The position numbers and the translations under genes are program-made. Positions 46,753-56,484 of a DNA stretch of 64,000 bases are shown here, piece by piece (the stretch's first letter is position 1; each line of letters starts with the position of its first letter). Origin of the DNA: Shigella phage vB_SdyM_006; the sequence record MK295204; one strand, given 5' to 3'. The notes beneath the pieces were generated by a model. It had not been told where the DNA came from. It saw only the letters and a program-made list of their open reading frames with translations, and made no database searches.

Positions 46753-47312
46753 TTTAAATTAAAGGCGTCCATTGCTGTGTTATCGGAGCTGCGAATAAGA
46801 ATTGGTTCTTTATCGTCTTCTTGTATTAATACAGTCTTATCTGTTAAATACAAAACTTTAAATTGTTTGCCTTTATTCGAAGTGATAACATCATCTTCTT
46901 TAAGTTGTACCCAAGAATAGCCTTTAGTTTCTTTTGACCAGGTCATATCGGATAAATTAATCGGATTATTATTTTTATAAACTGTCAAAATCATATTTGC
47001 AGGAATTATAATAGACCCTGAAGAAATAAACTCATATAAATTGACACCTTTAAAAGATGACATGATGTTCCCAAGAACAGCACCAGAGCTAAATTGTTTA
47101 GAAATCACGCTTATTGTATCTCTTAAAGGACTTACATAAATTACTTTGGCCTTAAGACGAAATGGAAGAGCAGTGTTTTGATATAAAGGGGCCCACATAT
47201 CTATAGGGTCTTTAATTGGCTTTTCTGATAAAATAATTTCAATTTGATCATCTTCTTTTAAATGAACCGCTGTTTTAGTTGTAGTTCCGTATTTACTTTG
47301 TAAAATAGCCAT
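46734..47312 (-). CDS. hypothetical protein
   Basis: 192 aa, ATG start. Confidence 0.35.
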   Translation of the reverse strand: MAILQSKYGTTTKTAVHLKEDDQIEIILSEKPIKDPIDMWAPLYQNTALPFRLKAKVIYVSPLRDTISVISKQFSSGAVLGNIMSSFKGVNLYEFISSGSIIIPANMILTVYKNNNPINLSDMTWSKETKGYSWVQLKEDDVITSNKGKQFKVLYLTDKTVLIQEDDKEPILIRSSDNTAMDAFNLKWEPQC

Positions 47313-47482
47313 TATGCACCTTGATATACTTGTTCAATAATTAATTTAAGTTTTAATGCATCTTCTTTAGATAAAACAACAAGGTCATCATCTTGTTCAA
47401 TAATAAAATTATCGGTTTTATCTGAAATGCCTGCTTTAAAATCATCACTAATAAATTTATTTCCAATCCACATAATTTCTCC

Positions 47483-47502
47483 AAAAAAGGCCTTTCGGCC
47501 TT
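47483..47502 (-). terminator. intrinsic terminator hairpin (AAGGCC-GAAA-GGCCUU plus U6)
   Basis: aaaaaaggcctttcggcctt immediately downstream of stop at 47506; same element as 23031-23049. Confidence 0.6.
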
Positions 47503-47505
47503 GTA

Positions 47506-48228
47506 TTATTTAAATTCGATAAAGTTACAATGTTTGCCTTTAAAAGATTCATGGATTTCTTCAGTTAAAGATTTCTCACGTAATTCAATATCTTTTTTGA
47601 TATTAGTATGTTCTAAACGAGCTTTAAGTTTTCTTTGTGCAATCTTTTTAGGGATATAATCACAGAATAGCCAAACACCGCCAACAATAATGACAAACAC
47701 AAGACAACATACAACTGCAAATAGAATAGCACCTAGAATATAAGCACCGATTGTTAATCCAGTTCCAAGAGTAATACCATAATAAGTAAGAATATTAATT
47801 AATGCTGTTCCACCTAAAGAACCAAAAGCACCACATAAAGCAGCAATAAGGAATGTAAAGAACAAACTTCGACCTAATAAATTCCAGAAATACCCACAGA
47901 TGCTTTTTGGCATACTAGCTTTAGGTGTAATTAATTTAGTTAATTTATAGTGCCAAGTATCTTTTTTAATTTCAATTTTCGGTGCAACAGAAGATAATCT
48001 GATGTCAACAATATCATTACCCCAGATATGATACTCATTATCAATAACTTTAAAATCTGTATTAACAATATAGCCATTTGAAAATACAAAGATATCGTGT
48101 TTATTAGATTTAGCGAGTTCAATTAAATTATTTGCAATTATAGATGCTTCTTCTTTAGTGGCCCATTCAGAATTAATACGGTGCCATTTAGGAGTTTCGG
48201 TATTAATTAAAAGTTCAATAGTATACAT
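47506..48228 (-). CDS. hypothetical membrane protein
   Basis: 240 aa; central Gly/Ala-rich transmembrane block (FFTFLIAALCGAFGSLGG...VFVIIVGGVWL). Confidence 0.35.
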   Translation of the reverse strand: MYTIELLINTETPKWHRINSEWATKEEASIIANNLIELAKSNKHDIFVFSNGYIVNTDFKVIDNEYHIWGNDIVDIRLSSVAPKIEIKKDTWHYKLTKLITPKASMPKSICGYFWNLLGRSLFFTFLIAALCGAFGSLGGTALINILTYYGITLGTGLTIGAYILGAILFAVVCCLVFVIIVGGVWLFCDYIPKKIAQRKLKARLEHTNIKKDIELREKSLTEEIHESFKGKHCNFIEFK

Positions 48229-48446
48229 TATATTTCCTTAAAAGAGTTTAGTAAAGCTTTAAATCTACGAAGTTCATCAATATCTGCACCAGAAGTTATA
48301 ACACCACTAAATTCAAAAGCATAGTCAAATTCGTCTTTATATTTGTGTTGAATTAAAACTGTTTGACGACGATTTAACGGTCCATAATTAATAATGCGTT
48401 TTGTTCTAACAGGAACACCTTCGGTAATTTCAGTTTTTATTTCCAT
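48228..48446 (-). CDS. hypothetical protein
   Basis: 72 aa, ATG start. Confidence 0.3.
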   Translation of the reverse strand: MEIKTEITEGVPVRTKRIINYGPLNRRQTVLIQHKYKDEFDYAFEFSGVITSGADIDELRRFKALLNSFKEI

Positions 48447-48708
48447 CTCGGTTCTCTAGCTCTGTCTCTGGTAAACAAGAAATGCCAGAAGAAGCGTTTT
48501 GATATGAGGCCATGACCCAACATGTCACTTTATACTCAGAATCTTTAATTTTAAAAATAGTTGGCTCATACTCAAACTTGTACCAGCCGGATTTAGATTT
48601 AAGGCTGATTGATGTTGTCTTTACATCTAAGACATCTAATGTTTTTTGTTTATCTTCGGCATAAGCACTAACAGATAAAGCAACTAACAAAGCAATTAAG
48701 TACTTCAT
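48430..48708 (-). CDS. hypothetical secreted protein
   Basis: 92 aa; MKYLIALLVALSVSAYA signal peptide. Confidence 0.35.
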   Translation of the reverse strand: MKYLIALLVALSVSAYAEDKQKTLDVLDVKTTSISLKSKSGWYKFEYEPTIFKIKDSEYKVTCWVMASYQNASSGISCLPETELENRDGNKN

Positions 48709-48915
48709 TTAAAGCCCTTTATTCTTAATAAAATGAGTATTCCATGTATTTGAATTGAATGCCCAGATTAAAATAGCAAGCCATCCAAAAACAGTCCATC
48801 CAAAAACAAAGTTAGCAATAAAAATAGAAGTCTTTGCACAATGATCTCTGTACCATGCCACAAAGAATGGTAAAAAATAAACAACAACTAAAGCTATCAG
48901 AGTTAAAAGTTCCAT
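48709..48915 (-). CDS. hypothetical membrane protein
   Basis: 68 aa, hydrophobic. Confidence 0.3.
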   Translation of the reverse strand: MELLTLIALVVVYFLPFFVAWYRDHCAKTSIFIANFVFGWTVFGWLAILIWAFNSNTWNTHFIKNKGL

Positions 48916-49109
48916 TACTGTTCCTTTTTAATTAAACGAGATGCATAAGGAATTTCGTCATTAAATTTAATAAAACGTTCTTTTTCAATGAGAAGTCCAA
49001 GACCATAAACAACTATACCAGTTAAACCAGTATACATAACAATATACTCCATAGATTCAACAATAATTGTATCACCTATGTTAATAAGACCTAATTCTGA
49101 TAGCTTCAT
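48915..49109 (-). CDS. hypothetical membrane protein
   Basis: 64 aa, hydrophobic core. Confidence 0.3.
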   Translation of the reverse strand: MKLSELGLINIGDTIIVESMEYIVMYTGLTGIVVYGLGLLIEKERFIKFNDEIPYASRLIKKEQ

Positions 49110-49110
49110 T

Positions 49111-49296
49111 TTAACCTCTATCTTTTAAAGATTGACGACGTTGGTCGTATTGATATTCTTGAACAAGACGTTCTATTTGTGACTGTGACAGAACTACACA
49201 ATCATGACCTTGGTCTAGCATATACGAACCAGATTCGGTAGATGTTACTCTTACATCTAAGTTTCTGTTTTTATTATCAACCAAATAAAAATGCAT
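49111..49296 (-). CDS. hypothetical protein
   Basis: 61 aa, ATG start. Confidence 0.3.
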   Translation of the reverse strand: MHFYLVDNKNRNLDVRVTSTESGSYMLDQGHDCVVLSQSQIERLVQEYQYDQRRQSLKDRG

Positions 49297-49422
49297 TAAT
49301 CCTCCAGAAACTGCTTTTTATGTTTTTGTTTACGATTTGAATCTTGTTCACATTTCTTTTTATCTTTGTGAACTGAAGCACGATTAAAGTCGTGTTTAGC
49401 TACAAAATTATTTTGTTTCATA

Positions 49423-49686
49423 TTACCTCAACTGTGAGTCTTTAGAACCACGTCTGTTGTAATAAGATGTGGTTATAATATCATGACTTTCTTGACAAGT
49501 ACAACAATAATTACAATTTTTTATTATTTGTCTACGACGTTCAGGGATCTCTTCACCACAATCAAGACAGTATATATCATTATTTGAAGAAGAATTGAGC
49601 AGGCTTAACCTGGCCCACTCAATAGCATCTTTTATGATAGCTTCTTTAGTTGCAAAACTATCATCTGAAGGACCCCATCCGTTCAT
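49423..49686 (-). CDS. DksA/TraR-like C4 zinc-finger protein
   Basis: 87 aa; CLDCGEEIPERRRQIIKNCNYCCTCQ resembles DksA/TraR C4 finger. Confidence 0.4.
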   Translation of the reverse strand: MNGWGPSDDSFATKEAIIKDAIEWARLSLLNSSSNNDIYCLDCGEEIPERRRQIIKNCNYCCTCQESHDIITTSYYNRRGSKDSQLR

Positions 49687-50001
49687 TTAAGCACCTATAA
49701 AAACCATCATTGCAGCAATAAGAACATTTTCATGAGAAGCCGATAAATCAAAAGTAAATGTAGTAGGGCCTACATGTTTAAGATTTTTATACGCAGCTGG
49801 GTTAAGATGTTCTTCAAAATTAATAGAAATATTGTGTTTGCTCATAATAGGTAAAGCTTGTTCAACGTTAAAACACGGATTAAAAATAATCCAAGAATCA
49901 CGAAGACGGATTTCAAAATTGTGCTTAAAGCAAACCACTTCCAGGCCTAATTTTTCTGCTACTTTTTTATTAAGATAAAATACATTTTCTGCACTAATCA
50001 T
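49687..50001 (-). CDS. hypothetical protein
   Basis: 104 aa, ATG start. Confidence 0.3.
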   Translation of the reverse strand: MISAENVFYLNKKVAEKLGLEVVCFKHNFEIRLRDSWIIFNPCFNVEQALPIMSKHNISINFEEHLNPAAYKNLKHVGPTTFTFDLSASHENVLIAAMMVFIGA

Positions 50002-50570
50002 TTCTGCACCATAAAATTGTAAATAAATCGATAAACATCATCAGGGTTTTTCTGTTCCCAGATATCTAATTTTGGCTCATGGGAGACAATCTTCTGATAA
50101 TGATTGTGCACATTTAAATGATTTTGATGAAGCCAATTAACAAATGCTTGGCCAATTCGCTGAGTACCCTTATCAGCTTCTTTATCCCAATACATGTACC
50201 AATCATGCATGTCACAGTAATTTAAAAGTTTAGGGATGTCTTTTTGAAGAGAATCAATAAATTTTTGTTTTTCATGCGCAGATAATGCTTCGTAATCATC
50301 AAGAGTCATTGTGGGCTCACATTTTGTATTGCTGAATTTTAAAGCATCTACATACATATTAAAGGCTTTAACATTTTTATTTCCATTAAAACCTAAATCA
50401 TCAATGCAGACGGTTTTGACTTGTAGGTTATTAGTCAGAACAGAAATACTTCTGTTAGATGGATTCCAATGACTAACAACTTCATATTCAATAACATTTT
50501 TATTTTGGCCTGAAACACCAACATAAAACTTTTTACCGATATTTAAATCAGTCAGTTTAATACTAGACAT
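49998..50570 (-). CDS. hypothetical protein
   Basis: 190 aa, ATG start. Confidence 0.35.
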   Translation of the reverse strand: MSSIKLTDLNIGKKFYVGVSGQNKNVIEYEVVSHWNPSNRSISVLTNNLQVKTVCIDDLGFNGNKNVKAFNMYVDALKFSNTKCEPTMTLDDYEALSAHEKQKFIDSLQKDIPKLLNYCDMHDWYMYWDKEADKGTQRIGQAFVNWLHQNHLNVHNHYQKIVSHEPKLDIWEQKNPDDVYRFIYNFMVQK

Positions 50571-50573
50571 AAA

Positions 50574-50738
50574 TCACCGTTTAAAGTTTTTAGAATGATA
50601 AGATTTATCTTGAGCAACTGGTAAGTCAAGAACGTCAGAAATACCAATTTTAGCTGGGCGAGCTGTCAGCCTATCTTGGACATCAACTTTCTTTTCAAAC
50701 TGACCAGCTAACAGGTAATATAAACGATCATTAGACAT
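50574..50738 (-). CDS. hypothetical small protein (not in ORF track, 54 aa)
   Basis: Hand-translated MSNDRLYYLLAGQFEKKVDVQDRL...; ATG with GGAGAG Shine-Dalgarno. Confidence 0.25.
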   Translation of the reverse strand: MSNDRLYYLLAGQFEKKVDVQDRLTARPAKIGISDVLDLPVAQDKSYHSKNFKR

Positions 50739-50803
50739 AATTCTCTCCATTTGTTTTAATGAGGCTATACTATTACAAAATATAGCCTTTGTACACTTAT
50801 TTT

Positions 50804-51226
50804 TTAGATTTTTTCAAAACCTGATTCGTCGCAATCATTTTCATCATAAAACACGGTGTACCCAAGTTTTATCATAGCTTGTAGAGTAGCATTCATGATA
50901 TCAATATTTTCTTCAGAATGGTTCATATTTAAATAAACATAAGCAGAATCACCTGTATGCTCTTTATACTCGTCTTCATTAATTGTCACAACAAAAATAG
51001 ATTTTGGTGATTTGTTTCGTGTAAAATACAGTCGAAAGCACTCTAAATTGTAAGCAATAAGTTCACAAATGGAATTAGTTTTATTTCTCACATTTAAAGA
51101 TTCAAATGAATCTTTAAAAATAGATGAATTTAATTCTTTAGATTCTAAATTGATGCAATCAATAATATCGTTTACTGCTTTGATTTTATCATCACAAAGA
51201 ATCAAAGCTCTAGAACACATTCCCAT
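50804..51226 (-). CDS. hypothetical protein
   Basis: 140 aa, ATG start. Confidence 0.3.
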   Translation of the reverse strand: MGMCSRALILCDDKIKAVNDIIDCINLESKELNSSIFKDSFESLNVRNKTNSICELIAYNLECFRLYFTRNKSPKSIFVVTINEDEYKEHTGDSAYVYLNMNHSEENIDIMNATLQAMIKLGYTVFYDENDCDESGFEKI

Positions 51227-51227
51227 T

Positions 51228-51839
51228 TTATTGTCCCTCTACTTTTTTAGTCATGGAATCAAAAACTAAACCAACACTTTCATTCAAAACAGATTTTAAA
51301 GAATTAAACATCTGTCCATCATTCATATGACTCAACCGATCATAAGCGACCCAACCTGCATCATTAGTAAATGTACCCCATTCAGATTCAAAAAATGCAC
51401 GAACTTTCTCGATTTCTTCTTTAGTTGGCACTTTTAATCCAACAAAAGTGTCTTCTAATTTTTGTTCCAAGTTACGAGACGTTTCTCTGTATACTGCTTC
51501 TAAAGAACCAATAAGAATTGACGGATCACGAGTATACGCTAAAGCTTCTTCATAAGTATAAAATGAAAAGTGATTATTGTAACGAGAACGATCAGGATTA
51601 GGCATAATGATGTTCATATCTTGTAAAGAACGCTTAACAATTTGGTCTGGGTCATAAGGCGATTTACAATCTACCCACCAGGCCCATGCCTCAGTATATC
51701 TGAATTTTTCATTGTATGGCAAAGAAACAACGGTCAATTTAACTGCATTATTAATATTAGAACCACTAATAGTTTGACCATACCCAACATAAAAAGTAAA
51801 TCCAGGAACAAGGTCTTCAAACTTAACATTCTTAATCAT
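51228..51839 (-). CDS. hypothetical protein
   Basis: 203 aa, ATG start. Confidence 0.35.
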   Translation of the reverse strand: MIKNVKFEDLVPGFTFYVGYGQTISGSNINNAVKLTVVSLPYNEKFRYTEAWAWWVDCKSPYDPDQIVKRSLQDMNIIMPNPDRSRYNNHFSFYTYEEALAYTRDPSILIGSLEAVYRETSRNLEQKLEDTFVGLKVPTKEEIEKVRAFFESEWGTFTNDAGWVAYDRLSHMNDGQMFNSLKSVLNESVGLVFDSMTKKVEGQ

Positions 51840-51916
51840 GATAATTCTCCTTTGATTTGATAAAGCTTATAATATCATAGACCAAGGCAAAGTAAACAAT
51901 TATTTTCATTTAAAAC

Positions 51917-51941
51917 CAAAAAAGGAACCTTTTGGTTCCTT
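51917..51941 (-). terminator. intrinsic terminator hairpin overlapping stop codon
   Basis: aaaaaaggaaccttttggttcctt; U-run on minus; same stem as 63721-63746 element. Confidence 0.55.
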
Positions 51942-52314
51942 ATGATAACGATAACAAATACTTAGTCTTTTTACAAAGTGTCATAATTTCATCTAATGCA
52001 GATTGTCCTGCACTACAAGTCGAGTCGTAGATTTCTTCTCCTAAAGAAATTATTTTATCTAATATTTCTGTAGATGATTCTATTTTTGTTGGGAAATTTC
52101 TAGTGTAAGCACCACCACTCCCTAGATATATCTCAACAAATGTGTCTATTAATTCTGGCATATCTTCATAGAAATCTTCATATACTTTATGATGCGCATA
52201 GCTTTTTGTTTCGAAGTGATATGAGTGCATGTAAGAAGAACTTATTAAACATAATCCAATAAATTCACTATGCCTTGTAGACTTGGGTTTTACAAACGTA
52301 GAAAAATCATTCAT
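51940..52314 (-). CDS. hypothetical protein (rI.-1 position)
   Basis: 124 aa, ATG, overlaps rI stop. Confidence 0.3.
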   Translation of the reverse strand: MNDFSTFVKPKSTRHSEFIGLCLISSSYMHSYHFETKSYAHHKVYEDFYEDMPELIDTFVEIYLGSGGAYTRNFPTKIESSTEILDKIISLGEEIYDSTCSAGQSALDEIMTLCKKTKYLLSLS

Positions 52315-52609
52315 CGTGTACTAATTCCTTTTTAAGATTGTATACGTATTCTTGTGCTGCTGTTTTGCCATCTTCACTACATTTGTTATTTTGACAGTTT
52401 GTTTCTTCCCATTTGGTTCTAATGAAAGCATAAAACTGCTCAGATTCTTCTTTAGAAGGTTCTTTCAATTTACTGTACACAGACATGGCACCTTCAGCGT
52501 ATACATTAAAATATTTATCGTCTGATGCATACGCGCTAGAAAACCCAATGCATAGTGTTAAAACACATGCAATTATGCCAGGTGAAAAGTAATTTTTGAA
52601 CTCGGCCAT
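52307..52609 (-). CDS. rI: lysis-inhibition regulator rI-like (signal-anchored periplasmic protein)
   Basis: 100 aa; N-terminal hydrophobic anchor GIIACVLTLCIGFSSAYA; EQFYAFIRTKWEE resembles remembered rI segment; located just 5'-distal of tk as in T4. Confidence 0.5.
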   Translation of the reverse strand: MAEFKNYFSPGIIACVLTLCIGFSSAYASDDKYFNVYAEGAMSVYSKLKEPSKEESEQFYAFIRTKWEETNCQNNKCSEDGKTAAQEYVYNLKKELVHDE

Positions 52610-52636
52610 AAGGCCTCCATTATTCTAGTAAATCAT

Positions 52637-52849
52637 TTAATGACTTATAATCTTAAATTTATAAATCATCTTGACTTCAGAGAAATAGTTGAGTAGCTTT
52701 TTATACTGCAAATAATCAGCATGACTTTGGGTTTTATCAAACTCAAGCTCTGCCATTTTTAAACACGGCTTAAATTCTCTTATATGAATACCTAGTTCTA
52801 ATGCTGACATATTTCTTAAAGTTTTTTTAGAAAGCATATCAATAGTCAT
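52637..52849 (-). CDS. hypothetical protein
   Basis: 70 aa, ATG start. Confidence 0.3.
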   Translation of the reverse strand: MTIDMLSKKTLRNMSALELGIHIREFKPCLKMAELEFDKTQSHADYLQYKKLLNYFSEVKMIYKFKIISH

Positions 52850-52870
52850 AAAATCTCCAGTCAGTTTATA

Positions 52871-53437
52871 TTATTTATTAAATTCAAAATAATGCTTACG
52901 ACAAAATGATTTGTACTTATCATCACCTCCTATTTCAATTGTGTCTCCTTCTTTAACTGCTTTTCCTGAAGGGCTACACTTTGCTGTATGGGTTGCTTTT
53001 CTTCCACACCAACAAACTGCTTTTAGTTCTTCTAATTTATCAGCCCAGGCTAATAAAGCAGCTGAGCCTTCAAACAATTCACCTTTAAAATCAGTTTTTA
53101 ACCCAAAGCACATAACTGGGATCTGATGATTGTCGACAATTTTTGTCAATTGAAGAACCTGAGCCTTTGTTAAAAATTGACATTCATCAATAAGAATAGC
53201 TGCATTGTTTGTACCAATACTTAAATAAAGATTATACAAATCAGTTTCTTTAGAAAATAAAATACACTGTTCTTTTATCCCAACCCTACTAGAAATAACA
53301 CCTTTATCACGAGTATCAATATCGGGTTTAAGAAGTAAACAACTCATTTTTTGCTCTTTATAATTATTATTAACGGATAACAATTTTAAAGATTTACCAG
53401 CTGCCATAGAACCATATACAAAATACAATTGAGCCAT
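52871..53437 (-). CDS. tk: thymidine kinase
   Basis: Start moved to ATG at 53437 (AAGGA Shine-Dalgarno); MAQLYFVYGSMAAGKS Walker A, ILIDECQFL, C-terminal zinc site CWCG...CRKH; matches remembered T4 Tk. Confidence 0.8.
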   Translation of the reverse strand: MAQLYFVYGSMAAGKSLKLLSVNNNYKEQKMSCLLLKPDIDTRDKGVISSRVGIKEQCILFSKETDLYNLYLSIGTNNAAILIDECQFLTKAQVLQLTKIVDNHQIPVMCFGLKTDFKGELFEGSAALLAWADKLEELKAVCWCGRKATHTAKCSPSGKAVKEGDTIEIGGDDKYKSFCRKHYFEFNK

Positions 53438-53438
53438 A

Positions 53439-53651
53439 TTATTCCTTAATCCATTTAACCCAAAGAACACATTCTGCTTCTTTAGGTTTACCTGTTTTTG
53501 TTTTATAAGTATATACTACTTTGTGTTCTAAAAATTTAATAGGGTCTGTTAAGCCTACCCATGTCTTAGTTTCTCTAATAGATTCATGATGACTCAGAGA
53601 AATAAGGCGTCCTTCTTTTTCCATTTTAAATGGATGCGGTAAATGTGTCAT
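53439..53651 (-). CDS. hypothetical protein
   Basis: 70 aa, ATG start. Confidence 0.3.
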   Translation of the reverse strand: MTHLPHPFKMEKEGRLISLSHHESIRETKTWVGLTDPIKFLEHKVVYTYKTKTGKPKEAECVLWVKWIKE

Positions 53652-53767
53652 TCAAATGTACCTCTAAAAGCAAAAAATATACAAATAGCCAAAACTGGAA
53701 AAAGAATAACAGAAACTAAGGTATTAATAAACAATTCGCTAAGTAAAAATTCCATATTTGTTCCAAA

Positions 53768-54208
53768 TTATTTTAATTCTTTAAATCTCATTTTATCATG
53801 ACCATCTATTCGATAAGTCCCGTATTGTCCAACATTATCCACTATATTAACAACAATTTCACCATTGCAAACTCTAAATAGTCTAGCAAGTTTAGTCACT
53901 TCATACTTATTGATAATAAACTGGGGACCAAGAATGTCCCCATGAACTGCTCGATTACACCCAGAAACAAAAAATTTACCATTAGGAATAGATATAGAAT
54001 CAGAATGGTCAATTAAAGAATAAAATGTTGCTCCAAAGACACGTTTTTTAGGTTGCCAAACAATTTCTATATTTGACTTTTTGAGACCTGCATTTTCTAT
54101 CAAAGACCCAGATATTCCGTATAATTTAGGATTTACATATCCTGGGACTTCATACCATGAGAAAGTGCAAGAACTAAAAAATATAAGACATGCTAATAAG
54201 TATTTCAT
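53768..54208 (-). CDS. hypothetical secreted protein or lipoprotein
   Basis: 146 aa; MKYLLACLIFFSSCTF signal/lipobox-like. Confidence 0.35.
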   Translation of the reverse strand: MKYLLACLIFFSSCTFSWYEVPGYVNPKLYGISGSLIENAGLKKSNIEIVWQPKKRVFGATFYSLIDHSDSISIPNGKFFVSGCNRAVHGDILGPQFIINKYEVTKLARLFRVCNGEIVVNIVDNVGQYGTYRIDGHDKMRFKELK

Positions 54209-54519
54209 TGATTTATCCCTGCAATGTATTTGTCCATTAATGCTCCTCTATATGTTTCACATATTTCGCTATTAGGCGCCTTTTCGCATAAAGAAGATAG
54301 TGAATTTGCTTTATTTTTTAAAGCAGATATTTTGTACTCCGCATCTTTTTTTGATTGTAAAAATCCTTCATGAAAAGAAGTGCTCAATTCAACAGATAAA
54401 ATATTGATACATTCTATATCATCACCACAAAAGTATTTTGCTACATCTATAGATTCTGACATATTATTAGATGCAATCACCGGAAATGTTACTAAAAATA
54501 ACAATAAAAGTTTTTTCAT
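54205..54519 (-). CDS. hypothetical secreted protein
   Basis: 104 aa; MKKLLLLFLVTFPVIAS signal peptide. Confidence 0.35.
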   Translation of the reverse strand: MKKLLLLFLVTFPVIASNNMSESIDVAKYFCGDDIECINILSVELSTSFHEGFLQSKKDAEYKISALKNKANSLSSLCEKAPNSEICETYRGALMDKYIAGINQ

Positions 54520-54522
54520 AAC

Positions 54523-55083
54523 TTACTCCATTGTGTTTCCTACAATAGAATTAGATTTAAGATATTCTGCAATTGTTCGAACTTCATAAGAATATGTTTG
54601 TCCAGGTTTATATTTCCAATTATAGCCGGCATTGTAGCTTGCCAAAGCTTTATTGATATCTCCTTTATGGACTTTTAACCAACTTTTAAGTTCTACATGG
54701 CTCCAATATGCAGAATTTCCTCTATCTAATAGTTCTTTAATTATATCAGAATCTGGCTTAGGAGTTCCGGCTAATTTAAGACGGTTCCTAACAGTTTTAA
54801 TATAATTTTGGAACATACCATAAGCATGGTGGTTTTTCCGGTAAACTACCAAATTTGGGTTCTCGTACCCAGAACTTTCTTTAAATGCTATAGCAGCAAA
54901 TATATACCCAAGATGCTCTTCATCTTTTTCAAAGTCTCTTGGTTCTCCGTTTTTGTTAAATTGTTGTCCAAAATGGTATGCATAATTTAGATTATCATAT
55001 TGTTCGTATGATAAATTATTAGGCAAATAAACTGCACTACAAGAAACCGAGACAAATAATAAAGCGATTAATAAATATTTCAA
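54523..55083 (-). CDS. secreted lytic transglycosylase (SLT domain)-like protein
   Basis: 186 aa; signal peptide; AIAFKESSG (catalytic E-S), AYGMFQ, SYNAGYN SLT-like motifs; apparent TTG start overlapping regB stop. Confidence 0.5.
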   Translation of the reverse strand: MKYLLIALLFVSVSCSAVYLPNNLSYEQYDNLNYAYHFGQQFNKNGEPRDFEKDEEHLGYIFAAIAFKESSGYENPNLVVYRKNHHAYGMFQNYIKTVRNRLKLAGTPKPDSDIIKELLDRGNSAYWSHVELKSWLKVHKGDINKALASYNAGYNWKYKPGQTYSYEVRTIAEYLKSNSIVGNTME

Positions 55084-55499
55084 AATTTAATTACCTTTGT
55101 TGAAATTTTAGATGATAAACGTGTTGGATTAACTATAGCCATACGACATGTTAATCCATATGTTCCCTGTGTTCCTTCAGATGAAGTGAATCCAATCCAT
55201 AGTTTCCCATCTGTAATTTCTAACCTAGTAGGTCTATATTCGATATTAGGGTCTGGATTTTCTATAGGCATATCAGGCAATTTACAGTAGTCTAAAATAG
55301 ATTCCTTTGCCTGATATAATTTATTTAATAGACTAAAAATATCACTTAACGGAATTCCACGTTCTAAAGTCCTGTCAATAATATGACTTTGGAATTTAAT
55401 ATGGAACCCAGCGTTTTCTTGATTTAATTTTGAGTTAATTTCTGAGAAAGCATCAGCGAACTTCCTACGTGCTTTGGCTCGTTCTACATGAATGTTCAT
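55080..55499 (-). CDS. regB: endoribonuclease RegB
   Basis: 139 aa; ...IEYRPTRLEITDGKLWIGFT...CRMAIVNPTRLSSKISTKVIKF matches remembered T4 RegB. Confidence 0.75.
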   Translation of the reverse strand: MNIHVERAKARRKFADAFSEINSKLNQENAGFHIKFQSHIIDRTLERGIPLSDIFSLLNKLYQAKESILDYCKLPDMPIENPDPNIEYRPTRLEITDGKLWIGFTSSEGTQGTYGLTCRMAIVNPTRLSSKISTKVIKF

Positions 55500-55897
55500 T
55501 AAATAGTCTCCAATTTTTTACCATAAAACTTATACCAATCAGGTTTTTGAGCGATTTTTTCATCTAATCTTGATTTAGATAAAGATATATCGTCTTCAGA
55601 CGGTGTATAATCATTATACCATTCTTTAGGAAAAATGAAATCAATTTTTTCAAAAGAAATGTTAAAGCCACGTTTTTTACATTCTTGGACTATCTGTTGT
55701 TGGCGAATTTCTAAAAATTTGAGTTTGTTATAAAAGAATTTGACATGACCTGTACCAAGGACGTAGTTGGCAGGAATTTTGACTGGTTTACCAAAAGCTT
55801 TTAAAGCCAAAGTAAACACACGTGGAAGTTCGCGATATTCAGCGATGAGATGTTGATCGGTAAGAAGTGCTGGGTCTAAAAGATTAATACGTGTCAT
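55499..55897 (-). CDS. denV: endonuclease V (pyrimidine dimer DNA glycosylase) DenV
   Basis: 132 aa; MTRINL...DQHLIAEYRELPRVF...GTGHVKFFYNKLKFL...RLDEKIAQKPDWYKFYG matches remembered T4 DenV. Confidence 0.85.
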   Translation of the reverse strand: MTRINLLDPALLTDQHLIAEYRELPRVFTLALKAFGKPVKIPANYVLGTGHVKFFYNKLKFLEIRQQQIVQECKKRGFNISFEKIDFIFPKEWYNDYTPSEDDISLSKSRLDEKIAQKPDWYKFYGKKLETI

Positions 55898-55949
55898 ATA
55901 TCCTCCATTAATTTAAGAATATACTAACACGTATTTTTATTAAAGTAAA

Positions 55950-56318
55950 CTAAATTGTATCAGTAAATGTTCTGTTAATTACATCTTCTTTCTGTTCATC
56001 AGTTAAAGAATTAAATCTAACAGCGTATCCAGAAACTCGGATAGTTAACTGTGGGTATTTTTCTGGATTTTCTCTTGCGTCTAATAACATTTCTTTGTTC
56101 AATACATTAACATTTAGATGCTGGCCACCTTCGATTCGTGGAGCAAATTCTAAAGCTAAATCTTTTTGAGTAGAATTACCAAATGAAGTCATTGGAACAA
56201 CTTCATCTTCTTTAAAATATTTTGATGCTAAAATTCTACAATTATTTGTTTCTGTATCTACTAAAAAGATTGTTCCATAAAAAGGACCAGAAACAAGTTG
56301 TCTTGCTTGAATTGACAT
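55950..56318 (-). CDS. autonomous glycyl radical cofactor (GrcA/YfiD-like; T4 Y06I-type)
   Basis: 122 aa; [11 protein letters not shown]...[34 protein letters not shown] nearly identical in pattern to E. coli GrcA glycyl-radical domain. Confidence 0.85.
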   Translation of the reverse strand: MSIQARQLVSGPFYGTIFLVDTETNNCRILASKYFKEDEVVPMTSFGNSTQKDLALEFAPRIEGGQHLNVNVLNKEMLLDARENPEKYPQLTIRVSGYAVRFNSLTDEQKEDVINRTFTDTI

Positions 56319-56482
56319 TATTTTACCTCGTACATGTATGGATTAGTATCGTTAATATCTTTAACAAATCCATAGAATTTTTTATTGACATATAATGCAA
56401 TAGCATTTTTATGTTGGACCCATGCTAAATTATATAACTTATCAGAATTACCAAACGCACCTTTAGCTTCATTTAAAATCAT
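56318..56482 (-). CDS. hypothetical small protein (not in ORF track, 54 aa)
   Basis: Hand-translated [54 protein letters not shown]; TAATG coupling to GrcA-like gene. Confidence 0.25.
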   Translation of the reverse strand: MILNEAKGAFGNSDKLYNLAWVQHKNAIALYVNKKFYGFVKDINDTNPYMYEVK

Positions 56483-56484
56483 AA

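Noticed and set aside
49297-49421. Very small ORFs (41-aa basic peptide at ~49297-49421, 35-aa hydrophobic peptide at ~53648-53755)
   Set aside because: Too short to support from sequence alone; noted but not called as features
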